A DNA stretch of 53,023 nt. It comes from a virus (lineage: Duplodnaviria > Caudoviricetes). The stretch spans positions 1 to 53,023 of IMG/VR virus record IMGVR_UViG_3300025674_000057. One strand, given 5' to 3'. Shown one piece after another: positions 9,500 to 21,100 of this stretch (position 1 is the stretch's first letter; the number at the start of each line of letters is the position of its first letter). A model generated the notes under the pieces. The model ran no database searches. It was not told where the DNA came from and saw only the letters and a program-made list of their open reading frames with translations. The position numbers and the translations under genes were made by a program.

Positions 9500-12400
9500 G
9501 CTAATGCAATCGCTCTTAAATCTTTGAATCTTGGAGCGTATGCTTCATTAGTTCCGTTCATAACAATTTTAATCACAAATCCAGAAAATTCACCAAGGTC
9601 ATTAGCAGTAAACTGATAATCTAGGTACTCATCTTCACTACTTGCTTTAACAAAAGTATCTGGTAATCCATCATTCAAAGAAACATCAACAACGGTATCA
9701 CCTATTCCATCACCATCACTATCACTTAAGTTATTGTATCCTGGGAATAATTGATATGCTTGATCTACTTCACTTGAATCTGACTTAATGAGTTTGTATA
9801 AAACTCTAAAATCACTAGAAGCATGGCGATATGCAGATAGCAATACTTTGAGTGAATTTGCTGGTTGTTTTAAGTCAACTCTCTTAGAGATATAAACGCT
9901 GGAATGTGGGTCTCCAGTATTTGCATTTGATCTGGAATCATATGCATAATTGTCTATTGGTTTGTTAATTCTATTTCTACCAAATACGAAAGTTGCTGCC
10001 TCAGATGTATCAATGACTGGAGACAAATTGGTGTTATTTGTCGCTAAGGTTATACCAAGAGTAAGAGACTTACTGTTTGTATTTGATGAAAGAAGGTTTG
10101 TTTCATTTAATCTAGAAGCTACCAATCTTGGTGTGCTAAAGTAATTTACATCATTTAGAGCTACTGACTGGAATCCTTGATCGACGAATGATGTTTCAGT
10201 ACCATCAACACTTGTTCCAGAAGTAGTCCTCAGTAGTGAAGAAACACTTGTATTATCTGGAGTTAAAACATTAAAGTATGGTGCTACTGAAGAGAATTGG
10301 ACATTTTGAGATGCCTTGCAATTTGGTCCTCCAGCAACTTTAGCATCAGTGAAACTTATCTGTGTATCTCCAGAAGATCTGTCTGAGAGATATGATCTAT
10401 CAAATTCCAAATGATACTTATCAGTTCCCCTTAAAGAATTTAAGGTTGCATTTGAAGGTAATGTATGCTGCCTATTAATTCTAGACAGAGAAACTCCATT
10501 TAGTTCATACTTATACGCAATATCACCAGATGCATGTGTTCTACTTGGTGATCCAAATTGACCCTTTGTACCAATAGTCAAAGATTGAGATCCTACAGAA
10601 GTATAAGAAATAATTTCATTATTAATTAACACATATCCAGGATTGCTAGCACTTACTGCTAAACCTTCAAAGGTAGTAAAGTTTGCTGTACTTCCCAAAG
10701 AAATAGTTGTACTATCTGCAGTTATACTTGCAGTGATTGCTTCTCCAGGAGTATCTGGGAATACGTTAGAAATAACAACGGTATTGTTATTTGCCTGCAT
10801 TCCATGGTTATATTGTGTAACTTCGAAGACGTTACCAGAATAAACATACTCTGGTACATAAGAATTCTTAGTTACCACAGTTCCCCCCATCGATACTTCG
10901 GTTGATCCACTATAGAATGATATCGCTTGACTTAATGTAAACTCTAATCCTTGAACATTAGTCAAATATAGTGTATCAACGTTAGATCTTTCTGAAACAG
11001 TTAATCTAGCACCGCTACCCTTAACTACAGAACTCGTAGTAATTCCCAAAACATCACCGACTGCATATCCAGATCCACTATACGCGATAGAGACATTTGA
11101 TATTTGATTATCGGTAACTGTAATATCGGCAGTAGCACTAATACCGTATCCAGTTATATTGTATAGAGGAACTTCGGTAAAGGTTCCGTTTGAATATCCA
11201 GTTCCAACATTTGATGTTGTAATAGCAACTATGTTACCACCAACATTTTCAATGTATCCATAAGCATCACCTTCCGCAATTTTAGTTCCAGTAGTGAATA
11301 CTGAACCAACTACAGAATCTGGAGAAGTTGAAATTCCAACATTTAACTTTCTTGGAAGTGTTTTGATTGGATTGCTAATCAGTTTTGGAACATTTAAATC
11401 ATCAACGTATGTGGTGCTTCCAACAGAAACGTTTGGATTATTAAAGTATGCAGTTCCAGTGGTTGATGTGAAATTACACTTATAGAGTCTGAATGTTAAA
11501 TCTTCAGATGTTGAAGAATTCCAAATAGATCCATTTTGTGGTTTATACAGATTACCACCAATGTAATTATTTGAATAAATTACTTGTTGTGCATTTGGTA
11601 GGTTTTGTGTTGCTACAGTCGCGTCATTTGACTTTGCAATCCAAACCTTGTAGTCATCTGAAGATGGGCAAGTTAAAGTAAGTGCATATTGCTTGTTTGG
11701 TTCAAGATAAATTGGTGATGGGAATACTACATTTGTAGCAGTTTGTCCAGTTGATGAAGTTGTAATACCTGATGGATAGATTTCTGCTCTAGCATAATCT
11801 TGAACCAAATTTGTTTTTGGAGTTCCACCGATATCAGTTTCTCTAACTTCAACAAATATCTTCTCTGTTGAGTCTTTACTTGAGAAGTATAAGTCTACAG
11901 ATGATAAGAAGAATCCATCATTATCTGTTCTAAATGTTTGAGATAGTGGATCTGGTCTTAAAGCATTGAGAGGTAATGCTGGAGATGGTCTTCTCAGAGA
12001 AACACTTTCGGTGTAAGTATTTGCATTTACTATTCCAGATGCATAGAATGTATTTTGAGAATACGTTACTGATGTTGCTGAAGAATTAGTAGAACTTGAG
12101 GATAGTTTAAATGTTTTTGATCCAACCCCAAAAGTTGATGATGGTGTTGGTGTTTGTAAAGGATTTCTTATGAAGAAGCAACCAATTAGATCTCCAACAT
12201 TATCTGTAGTCAGTGACTGAGTTGATACTGTTGCCTGTGCTCCAGATGTTTTTCCAATCAAAGTTGCTCCAGATGGGGTATATCCGAAGAATCTTCCAGT
12301 CGCATCATCTGCTAAGGAATAGGTATCAATATTTAAAACTGTAGATGATGAAGAATATGCTGCTAAAGATAATGATGTATTATATGGGTTTTGTGAATAT

Positions 12401-15400
12401 TCTGTAGTTGGTGTTGTTAAGTTATAGGTTCCTTTTTTATGTGTTGCTGATGCAAGTCTGAAACTTCCAATTTTAACACCAGCACTATAAACATCTACAG
12501 ATTCTCCAGTTTGGAATGCCGCAGATCCAGAACCCATAGTTACTTGAAGTAATTTAGGTATTACATCAATATCAGAATTTCCGTCAAAGAATGAATAATA
12601 CTGTGTATTTGGTTTCAATCCAGTTGCGTAGAACTGAACATTTTTGGATTTAAACTTAGTTGATGGATTAGTACTAACTAAAAGATTATTAACGTAAGAA
12701 TTTTCCCAATCACCTTGAGATCTAATAATCAATCCACTCTGAGAATTTACTGATCTTACCCAAGTATCAGAAGATGGAGTTAACTTCACATATCCATTGT
12801 AATTTGTAACACCAGCTGGGTTTACATTTTGTTCTGAAGTACTATAAGTTTGTCCTACACCTGCTAGAGTTTCAGTATAATTCAGAGTAATTAGATCACC
12901 AGTCTTTTTAACATTATTATCTAACAAACTCAAATTAGTAGAAAAGTCTGCAGAGTCCAAACTTACACTACCATCAACAGCTACTTCAGACTTGAGAGAA
13001 TATAAAGAAATATCGGCATTAAGTTCTTCAGATTCCTTATCAACAACACACTTTGCATCCGAATTTTCAAGATCAATAAAGTTGTTTGTCTTAAAGTTAT
13101 CTACGAAGAAACCAGATTTGAATTTGCTTACTCCGTCAGAGTCAGTAACTTGAAGTGCCTGAGTGCTCAATTCAAGTAAAGATAGTGAAGAAGCTAATTC
13201 AACATTTTCAATTCTTTCTTCCAGGACACCAATGTCCCTCATTGTATAGCGTTTGTTGTTGGTTAGTTTAATCAAACTATCATCAGGATTATACAAATAT
13301 GCTGGTAATTCGATAACAGCAACATCCATTGAATTATCAATAGATGTTGGTTGCTTTGGACTGGTTGATGATGTTCCCTTTATTAATGTGAAAGATCCAT
13401 TCTTATTGAGGACAATCTTATCAATTCTTGGTAGATAATATGAATATCCAACTGTGGAACTTTCATTTGGAGTTAAAACCAATGTTGGATTATTTCCTGC
13501 AGCAGCAAAGGATCTGCTAGCAAAGTCAAATGGTGAAAGTGTTGTTGATGTGAATGGAGATACTCTTGGTCTAAAGTCTAAAGTATCAGATGCTCTTACC
13601 CCATTGAGAAGTTTTGGAACATCATTACCAAATCTATCAGATGCATATGAATTCGCAGTATAAACATCCCCACTATCGCTAGATGGGACGGTATAATAAT
13701 CATATATGACTAATAGTTTTCTTGCTGGTGAAGTTGATGGATCTTTTCTGACTATTCTAGAATAATCATAAAACTGCTCTCTTTGACCCTTATCTAAATT
13801 ATATTCTTCAGTTCTATCAACATAAGCTCCAGTAGTAATACTTTGAACTGGGGCGACAATATTTGACTCTTTAAATGTAACCGTTTCATTATTTACAAAT
13901 CTATTAGAATTCAAATATACAAATTCTACTTTAGTTGATGTGCTTCTTGTAACTATTTGACCAACTGCACCGCTAGTCTCACCAACTATCTGCTCACCAA
14001 GAATTGAGTTTGTATTGAGGTTTAATCCAGATTGAAAGTTTAGCGCATCTAATACTGGTGATGAACTATTTACAGACTCATAAATCGCAACAACTTTTGC
14101 TACATCTGGTACATTGAGTGAAATCTCTTCATCTTCAATTCTAAGACCATAGTACTTACTTGTAGTTAATCCAGATACTGCTGCTGAAGATCCAGTAACA
14201 CAATTAGATACTTCTAATTTCTGACTTCTAACATAAAGTTTTTGCTTATTTCTAATTGAGTTTTTCTTAACAGTTGAATTAACAACAACATTAGATTCAC
14301 TAGGAGTTAATCCACTGAAAGTTATTGAAGTTCCAGAACCATCAAGAGAGAACTTATCTGATGTTAACTGCTCAACAGTACCATCAGAGTAAATTACAGA
14401 ATATCTCTCTGTATCAAAAGTTTCAAAATACGCACTGGTAATTCCAACATCAGATAAACTGACTGATAGTGTACCAACAGCATTAGTTGATTTACCAGAT
14501 GTCTGGCGAGATACTCTGAGTTCTGATCCTACAAAATTAACCTCAGAAACATTTTTATCATTCAATTTAGCATACAAAAATGCATTATCACTATTTTGAA
14601 TTGATGGGGATCCTACAGAAAATGTTGTGCTTGTTTCTGATGTTGGGAGAGAACCATCACAAACTCCCAATACTGTTGCAACACCTACTAACGTGATTGA
14701 TAATCCATCAGTGGAAACATCAGATATTCTATTGAAAGTTTCTGTTGAAAAACCTGTTTTTTGATATCTAATTATAGTATCACTAGCAACTCCGATAAAG
14801 TTTCTACCAGCACAAGTTGCTATTCCAGATGGACTAATAGTTAATGTATCAGTTGAATTAAAATTAGGAATTATGTTGCTTGATAAGAATGTGTCTGCAA
14901 CAAAATCTGTAGATAATCCAATAGTACTTGAATCTTGATATACTGATTTTACATCACTTACCTTATATTCTCTAATGGTTTCTACAGTTCTCGAAAACTC
15001 GGTAGAACCATTAATAGAAATTTGTTCTCCAGGACTAAAAGTGCCTGAGGTCTGAGTAATAGTTACATTTTCATCGGTTGGTGCCGATGTAACATAACCA
15101 GAAGCACCACTACTCAATCCTTTAATGCGTGATGATGCTGGACATGAATCAGAATTGAGTGCTTGATTTAGAGTTAATTTGGTGTGTGTTTGTACGTCAA
15201 ACAGATACAAATCCCATTTTGATGCATTGTTTGAGTATGCACTATCGGTTAATCCAAAAGAATATACTCTTGCCTTTCCAATCTCATTTCCAGTTCCGGC
15301 AATGGTAGAGTTCTTTCTTTGATCACGTAAACTTACAGTATGATTATTATCAATTCCAATAACAGGAGAACCCGAAACATTATTGATTCTCAATAAATTG

Positions 15401-16584
15401 CCCATTTCAAATGGGATAGAAGATGATGATACTGTAGAAGTATCTCTTGGTTTTTCTACATCTAAAATAGTTGTTTCTACTTTTTCAATATCAAATCCTC
15501 TAACGTAAGCTTTTCCTGGAGAAATTCTTACCGATAAGAGATCCTTTGTTGGGGTATTGTTTTGATCAGTTTTTTGCTCTTCAAAATAAATTCCATCAGA
15601 AGAAACTCTATCATTTAGAGAATTTTTAACTTCTACTGCAAATGGTTTAATTGAATAGTTTCCAGACTCATCATAAGTTCTTTTCGCAATGTAATCTTTA
15701 ATGAGTGAATATGTATTACTATCCTGTAATTTCTTTACAACTCCGTTAGAAATTCTAAGTATTTCGATGAAATTTTTATCATCAAAATCAGTAATCGCTT
15801 TCTTAGAAAGAATTGCTGAAATTTTTAATCTATCTGCACCAGGAGCTGAATAATTTGAAAATCCTCTAGCATTATCAAATAGGTCTGGATTTTCCGAAGA
15901 TGCAAATTCAATACTTTCCTGAACACTTAGTCCAACTCTATAAGAAGGGGAATTCGTGTACTGATCTAAAATTAATGTTCTATCATCAACAGTTACAAAA
16001 GATCCTCTTATGAAATAAACACCACTAGAAATTGATACTGCAGATCCTGTTGAAGTTGCATTATCAGATATTAGAGATGCAATTGTTTGTCCAGAATTTA
16101 CTGTAGTATTCCCATATTCAAATGTATCTAAAGATATTAAAGTTTCACCATCACTAAATGGATTTGATACATTATTAACATCAGAATCCAAATACTTTAC
16201 ATAAAGAGTATATGTATCATCAATTGAACTTTCTTTAGTTAAAATATTTTTAACTACCGCTGTTACTTGTGAATTTTGCCCCTTTATTTTCTTACCAACT
16301 AATTCGTTAATATATACGCCAACGTCTAGACCTAGATGTAAGTCATTAATCTTTACTGCATAGTATTCTGGATCGTATATTACATTACCAGGAATTACTA
16401 CAGACCCTTCTTTGAAAAAGTGAGATCCAAAAGACTCTATTTGACCTTGTAGTATCGACTGTAATGTCGTTAATTCTCTAGACTGGACTGGAAATCCTGG
16501 TTTGAATAGTACCCTATAGAAATTATTAGAGGGATCAAAATCATCAAAATAAGGTGATACATTTAAATCTGTTTTTTGGGACAT
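9496..16584 (-). CDS. Large virion structural protein (DUF4815/VrlC-like)
   Basis: PYFDDFD...FYRVLFKPG.PVQSRELT.LQ, APGADRLK, RTYDESG.Y, KRYTMRDIG, FKSGFFVDNF, DPLSQTF, C-terminal DLRAIALA. Confidence 0.9.
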   Translation of the reverse strand: MSQKTDLNVSPYFDDFDPSNNFYRVLFKPGFPVQSRELTTLQSILQGQIESFGSHFFKEGSVVIPGNVIYDPEYYAVKINDLHLGLDVGVYINELVGKKIKGQNSQVTAVVKNILTKESSIDDTYTLYVKYLDSDVNNVSNPFSDGETLISLDTFEYGNTTVNSGQTIASLISDNATSTGSAVSISSGVYFIRGSFVTVDDRTLILDQYTNSPSYRVGLSVQESIEFASSENPDLFDNARGFSNYSAPGADRLKISAILSKKAITDFDDKNFIEILRISNGVVKKLQDSNTYSLIKDYIAKRTYDESGNYSIKPFAVEVKNSLNDRVSSDGIYFEEQKTDQNNTPTKDLLSVRISPGKAYVRGFDIEKVETTILDVEKPRDTSTVSSSSIPFEMGNLLRINNVSGSPVIGIDNNHTVSLRDQRKNSTIAGTGNEIGKARVYSFGLTDSAYSNNASKWDLYLFDVQTHTKLTLNQALNSDSCPASSRIKGLSSGASGYVTSAPTDENVTITQTSGTFSPGEQISINGSTEFSRTVETIREYKVSDVKSVYQDSSTIGLSTDFVADTFLSSNIIPNFNSTDTLTISPSGIATCAGRNFIGVASDTIIRYQKTGFSTETFNRISDVSTDGLSITLVGVATVLGVCDGSLPTSETSTTFSVGSPSIQNSDNAFLYAKLNDKNVSEVNFVGSELRVSRQTSGKSTNAVGTLSVSLSDVGITSAYFETFDTERYSVIYSDGTVEQLTSDKFSLDGSGTSITFSGLTPSESNVVVNSTVKKNSIRNKQKLYVRSQKLEVSNCVTGSSAAVSGLTTSKYYGLRIEDEEISLNVPDVAKVVAIYESVNSSSPVLDALNFQSGLNLNTNSILGEQIVGETSGAVGQIVTRSTSTKVEFVYLNSNRFVNNETVTFKESNIVAPVQSITTGAYVDRTEEYNLDKGQREQFYDYSRIVRKDPSTSPARKLLVIYDYYTVPSSDSGDVYTANSYASDRFGNDVPKLLNGVRASDTLDFRPRVSPFTSTTLSPFDFASRSFAAAGNNPTLVLTPNESSTVGYSYYLPRIDKIVLNKNGSFTLIKGTSSTSPKQPTSIDNSMDVAVIELPAYLYNPDDSLIKLTNNKRYTMRDIGVLEERIENVELASSLSLLELSTQALQVTDSDGVSKFKSGFFVDNFKTNNFIDLENSDAKCVVDKESEELNADISLYSLKSEVAVDGSVSLDSADFSTNLSLLDNNVKKTGDLITLNYTETLAGVGQTYSTSEQNVNPAGVTNYNGYVKLTPSSDTWVRSVNSQSGLIIRSQGDWENSYVNNLLVSTNPSTKFKSKNVQFYATGLKPNTQYYSFFDGNSDIDVIPKLLQVTMGSGSAAFQTGESVDVYSAGVKIGSFRLASATHKKGTYNLTTPTTEYSQNPYNTSLSLAAYSSSSTVLNIDTYSLADDATGRFFGYTPSGATLIGKTSGAQATVSTQSLTTDNVGDLIGCFFIRNPLQTPTPSSTFGVGSKTFKLSSSSTNSSATSVTYSQNTFYASGIVNANTYTESVSLRRPSPALPLNALRPDPLSQTFRTDNDGFFLSSVDLYFSSKDSTEKIFVEVRETDIGGTPKTNLVQDYARAEIYPSGITTSSTGQTATNVVFPSPIYLEPNKQYALTLTCPSSDDYKVWIAKSNDATVATQNLPNAQQVIYSNNYIGGNLYKPQNGSIWNSSTSEDLTFRLYKCNFTSTTGTAYFNNPNVSVGSTTYVDDLNVPKLISNPIKTLPRKLNVGISTSPDSVVGSVFTTGTKIAEGDAYGYIENVGGNIVAITTSNVGTGYSNGTFTEVPLYNITGYGISATADITVTDNQISNVSIAYSGSGYAVGDVLGITTSSVVKGSGARLTVSERSNVDTLYLTNVQGLEFTLSQAISFYSGSTEVSMGGTVVTKNSYVPEYVYSGNVFEVTQYNHGMQANNNTVVISNVFPDTPGEAITASITADSTTISLGSTANFTTFEGLAVSASNPGYVLINNEIISYTSVGSQSLTIGTKGQFGSPSRTHASGDIAYKYELNGVSLSRINRQHTLPSNATLNSLRGTDKYHLEFDRSYLSDRSSGDTQISFTDAKVAGGPNCKASQNVQFSSVAPYFNVLTPDNTSVSSLLRTTSGTSVDGTETSFVDQGFQSVALNDVNYFSTPRLVASRLNETNLLSSNTNSKSLTLGITLATNNTNLSPVIDTSEAATFVFGRNRINKPIDNYAYDSRSNANTGDPHSSVYISKRVDLKQPANSLKVLLSAYRHASSDFRVLYKLIKSDSSEVDQAYQLFPGYNNLSDSDGDGIGDTVVDVSLNDGLPDTFVKASSEDEYLDYQFTANDLGEFSGFVIKIVMNGTNEAYAPRFKDLRAIALA

Positions 16585-16586
16585 CT

Positions 16587-18143
16587 TTAGAATTCCAGTA
16601 TAACTTTAATGTCTTCTTTTTGTCTTGGATTTCTCGTAACCACTGGTCTGTTATCTAGATATAGAATGGTTCCGCTTGTTTTATTTATCTCTGGTGAGGC
16701 AACTCCATTTGTAAATTGAGTTGCTAAATTAACTATCTTAGATGCTGTTATTGCAGTAGTAATTCCACTAAAGTTCGGATCTATAGTGCAACTAAAATTA
16801 TTTGACGCAGTAACTGTTCCACCAGAAGCAGTAAAGCTTACCGACGTAGTTTCGTTAACAACGTTGAAAGAATCCTTTTGATCGTATGATGTTGGATTGA
16901 AGAATAAAGATCTATCTACAAAATACTTTAAAACTTTGGTTTCATCATCATATGATGCAACATATCCAACTGCAGTCCCAACTCCAGATACAGACTGGTA
17001 AATTTTAGTTCCTGGGATAGCATCGTCTGGATTAGAAACAGACAGTAATTTCAATGAATATAAATTAGAAAACTGACTATCTGTAAATATCGACGTTGCG
17101 GACCCAATTTGAGTTGGGTTTTTGATAATTCCAATTTGAGAGAATTTTGTATCTAATGGAAAATCCTTTGTAGAATCATCAAATCTTGAATAAATTAATA
17201 CCTTATCAGTTCCTAGTTCTGTGTAAATATCAAAACCATGTCCTTTTGATGGTGGGATGATTGGAACTAGATTAGCAAAAGTTGTTGCACCAGAATTAAT
17301 TGAAGATAAATCAACTCTTCCATACGTGTAATTTTTTCCACCAGAAGAAACTGTTGTTTCTAATATTTTTCCACCACTAACATTAACAACTACTTTTCCT
17401 CCAGTACCATCGCCAATAATATCTAATTCTGCACTAGTGCTATTATAACCTGCTCCTTGATTTTCTACGTAAACTTTTTTTATCTGGTTATTATTTACAG
17501 TAGAATCACCATTCTCTCTTACCGCTTGTATTTGAGCATCAGTGGTTGTTTCCCAGTCATTTGGGACTGGAATATATTCGATAGAATCAAATTTAATAAT
17601 ATCACTTGGAGAAACAGTGAACATGTATTTCCACACATATCCATCTCCACTCTCACCTGCTCTAGATGGTTCCAAGTCAATAAACGTTGGTTCATCCTGA
17701 GAGAAATTACCACCTGGTTTTGTTTGATTAGATCCGTTATCTATACAAACATAAACTCTATAATCACTATTAATTACATAATAGTTAGCGTCATACAATC
17801 TAGTTGAACTAGTTTGTGGGGACTGATTGTAAATGCTATAATCATGACGGTACATTTCATAAATTGTACCTTGAGTCCAATCAACTCTTCTTATAAGTCT
17901 TCTAACATTATTAGATGTTATCCTTCTACCAAAGATAATAGTATCTTTTACATGATTTAAATAATTTGGATTATCTGTAGGACTTGGAATATTTGTATCC
18001 CAAGTAGTAGACCTACCAAACCCAACAGCGTCGGGATTTGGTAGGCTTAAAAACACATAATAAGAATTGTTGGTGTCCCGAACAGAATCAACAAAGTTAT
18101 TCGCATTTAGAATTCTAAATTGATCTGTGACAATTGCAGACAT
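16587..18143 (-). CDS. gp8: Baseplate wedge subunit (T4 gp8-like)
   Basis: MSAIVTDQFRI, YYVINSDYRVYVCIDN, DGYVWKYMF, C-terminal R...QKEDIKVILEF. Confidence 0.93.
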   Translation of the reverse strand: MSAIVTDQFRILNANNFVDSVRDTNNSYYVFLSLPNPDAVGFGRSTTWDTNIPSPTDNPNYLNHVKDTIIFGRRITSNNVRRLIRRVDWTQGTIYEMYRHDYSIYNQSPQTSSTRLYDANYYVINSDYRVYVCIDNGSNQTKPGGNFSQDEPTFIDLEPSRAGESGDGYVWKYMFTVSPSDIIKFDSIEYIPVPNDWETTTDAQIQAVRENGDSTVNNNQIKKVYVENQGAGYNSTSAELDIIGDGTGGKVVVNVSGGKILETTVSSGGKNYTYGRVDLSSINSGATTFANLVPIIPPSKGHGFDIYTELGTDKVLIYSRFDDSTKDFPLDTKFSQIGIIKNPTQIGSATSIFTDSQFSNLYSLKLLSVSNPDDAIPGTKIYQSVSGVGTAVGYVASYDDETKVLKYFVDRSLFFNPTSYDQKDSFNVVNETTSVSFTASGGTVTASNNFSCTIDPNFSGITTAITASKIVNLATQFTNGVASPEINKTSGTILYLDNRPVVTRNPRQKEDIKVILEF

Positions 18144-18161
18144 ATTATTAGCTTTTTTCTA

Positions 18162-18169
18162 TATTTATA
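18162..18169 (-). promoter_or_regulatory. T4-type late promoter TATAAATA
   Basis: Exact consensus 18 bp upstream of the gp8 ATG. Confidence 0.88.
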
Positions 18170-18177
18170 CTCTGTAC

Positions 18178-21100
18178 TTAACCTAACTCTTTACTTAGGC
18201 CACCAGTATTCCTCAATCCATATCCCCTACGTAGTATTTGTGGGAATGTAGTGAGTCCACTATTCACTGTATATCCACTAACTCCAACAGAAATTGGACT
18301 CGTAGATCTTTCAATTCCGAACAATCTGCCCCAAGAGAATCTTCCTACAAAATCCGCAGATGTTTCTAAACCAGTGATGTTTGTTGTAGATAGAATATTG
18401 CAGGTTAGAACTCCGACCAGATTGTCTCTAGATATTTGGTTGATAACATAAACATTATCAGCAAATGTAGTTCCAATACCAACTACGTCACTATCTGAGG
18501 TGTTGATTGATGTTACTCCAGATCCAATATTAGTATCAGAAACATATATGTAATAACCTTGAAGAAGTGAGTCAATATCAGAATTCGAATCATACAATAC
18601 TTGGAGATTGAGTGCTAGAGGATTCGATCCACTACCAGCAGATGTTGTTATTCCTGTGATAATTCCACTAAATCCTTCTACAAATCTAATTTCTGGAATC
18701 AGTTCTCTATTGAATGATGGAATAGATGCTGCAATAACTGCTGGTGGATTCGTATAAGTATATCCACTTCCAGGATTTGTAATACTTACAGAAGAAACAG
18801 TTCCAGCAGCAGAAACTGTAGCGGTTGCTGTTGCAGTGCTTCCAACTCCAATTGGACCACCAATCTTCAATGTTATAGTTGATCCTGCAGTGTATCCACT
18901 ACCACCAGTTAGAATACCAATAGAAGAAATTGTCGAGAATCCACTTACAGAGGCGCTGAATCCTGCAGAAACTGGATTTGTATCCGATTCTACAAGGAAT
19001 CCTTCAAATTGTTGTATCACAGTGCTTGTATTTGGATCATTCTCTTCATACTTAAACAGTTGAGCACTATCTACAAATATTTCTTCGTCAGTTAAAGAAA
19101 CATCTTTAATAACTCTTGTTGCTGGTATAACAAATGGTTCTAAAGAATCTCTAGACTTGAACTGATAATCTTCTTTTACAATTAGATCTCTCTTTTGCTT
19201 AGACCAGTGAATTGGTCTGAAATTATCTTCATCAATACCATCCCCAAGATAGATTCCTGTCTCAACAACATCAGCACTTTGTATCAGAGAAACTGTGCGA
19301 CCTGTTTGAGATACAGTTGAAGGAATGAAGTTATTCTTAACTAATTCTAAAGTATCACCTGGTTTTACAGTTTCATTTACATTAACAGTAAAGCTATCAA
19401 CGTTGCGTGTTCCTCTATAGAAGAATATCGCTATATTATCTTCAGCCTTTGGTGCTTCTTTGAATCTGAAGGTTGTTCCACCTTCAAATACATATGAAAC
19501 ATTTGGTTCTTGCATGACTCCATTGAGGAAGATTAAAAGAACCGCGTTAAAATCAATCAGATCTGATTCTGGATTTGTTCTATCTTTTTCGAAACTTAGA
19601 AGCTCATTATTTCTGAATAATGGGAATCTAGTTCTTGAACCATTTTGCAATGATTTTATGCTATCAATATAATCAAGTTCACCTAACTGCCATGAAGCGA
19701 AGGAATCTGTAAATACATCTTCAACGGTGAATATTAGTTCTTCAGTTGGTTCGGATAGTCTAGCATCAGTGACCAGTCCTACCAGTCTGAATTTATCACC
19801 TCTTCTAAATGCATATCCAGGTTTTGTAATAGTTGTTGTTTTGACTTCAAATAGACTTGTTCCAACTCCAACGACAGATGATTGTCCAACGTTAACAGTC
19901 ATTGATAGACCGATTCCAGCATCAGTAGTATTTCCTACAGATAGTCTAGATACACCACTGATCGTTAGATTTTCGTATGAAGGATCGTCAATTCTAATAG
20001 ATGGATTGGTGTAACCACTACCACCACCTTTAATGGTGAATGATAGTGAACCACCAGCACCAACTGCTGCAGTGATAGTAGCACCAGAACCAGTTGAATC
20101 ACTAATTCCTACACCAATTGTTCCACCATAATATCCAGAACCAAACGTTAAATCTCCATAATAATGATATGCAGTTCCCTGTCCAACATAAGTATGTGTA
20201 ATTGTGCTGGTTCCAACTTGTGCTTTGAAAGTTGTAGCAGAAACAATCCCCGTTACTGGGAAAACAAATCCATATGGACTGGATCCGGGGTATGGGAATA
20301 TAGTAGAAGTTATACCAGATCCACCAGGGCAACTAAACTCAAGACCTTCCAAGAAGACTCTGTTTCCAGATCCAGTAAGTCCATGATCAGTAGATGTAGT
20401 TATTTCAATAATACCTGTGGTATTGTTGTATGAAGATGTGCTGATGGAATATGAAGATCCTGTTGTAGCAATACCAACAATCTCTGTAATAGATCCTCCA
20501 GCACCTGTTCTAGCAATAACTTTTGCTCCAACTAAAGGTGCATATCCAAGACCTCCAGTTGATCCAAGAGAAATGATAATTCCACCACGAGGAACTTGGT
20601 TTTGGTTAACGTCATAATCTACAACGATTACATCATCAGTATTTGGTCTAGTGACTGAAGTGAACGTTACTGTGGTTAGTCCTGCATTAGAATCTGATTC
20701 TAACTCATAGTTGTTTCCTGCATTATTTTCAGTATCTGGAGTTTGGAAAACATCATTGATGAACACAAGTCCACTTCCAGGTTCGACACCCGACGTTGAT
20801 TCACCCTCTATCGTTAGATTGAAAGTTCTACCAATTCCAGTGAATTGATCTGAAATATCATCATATAATTTGTTGAATTCATAATCTCTACGTAAGAAAA
20901 CTCTACCATTAAACGTGGACTTAGGTAATGGTAAACCACCTTGATCTAATCTATCATTATTACCTTTACCATCAGGAGCTTCGGTGAAGTGAATTTTGTT
21001 ACCGACAATGTTATATGCACCTCTATAAATTCTTGCTTCTGTTCCATCAGTATGGGTAGTTGCAGAAGATCCTACAAATCCTCTATTAACTTCAACAATA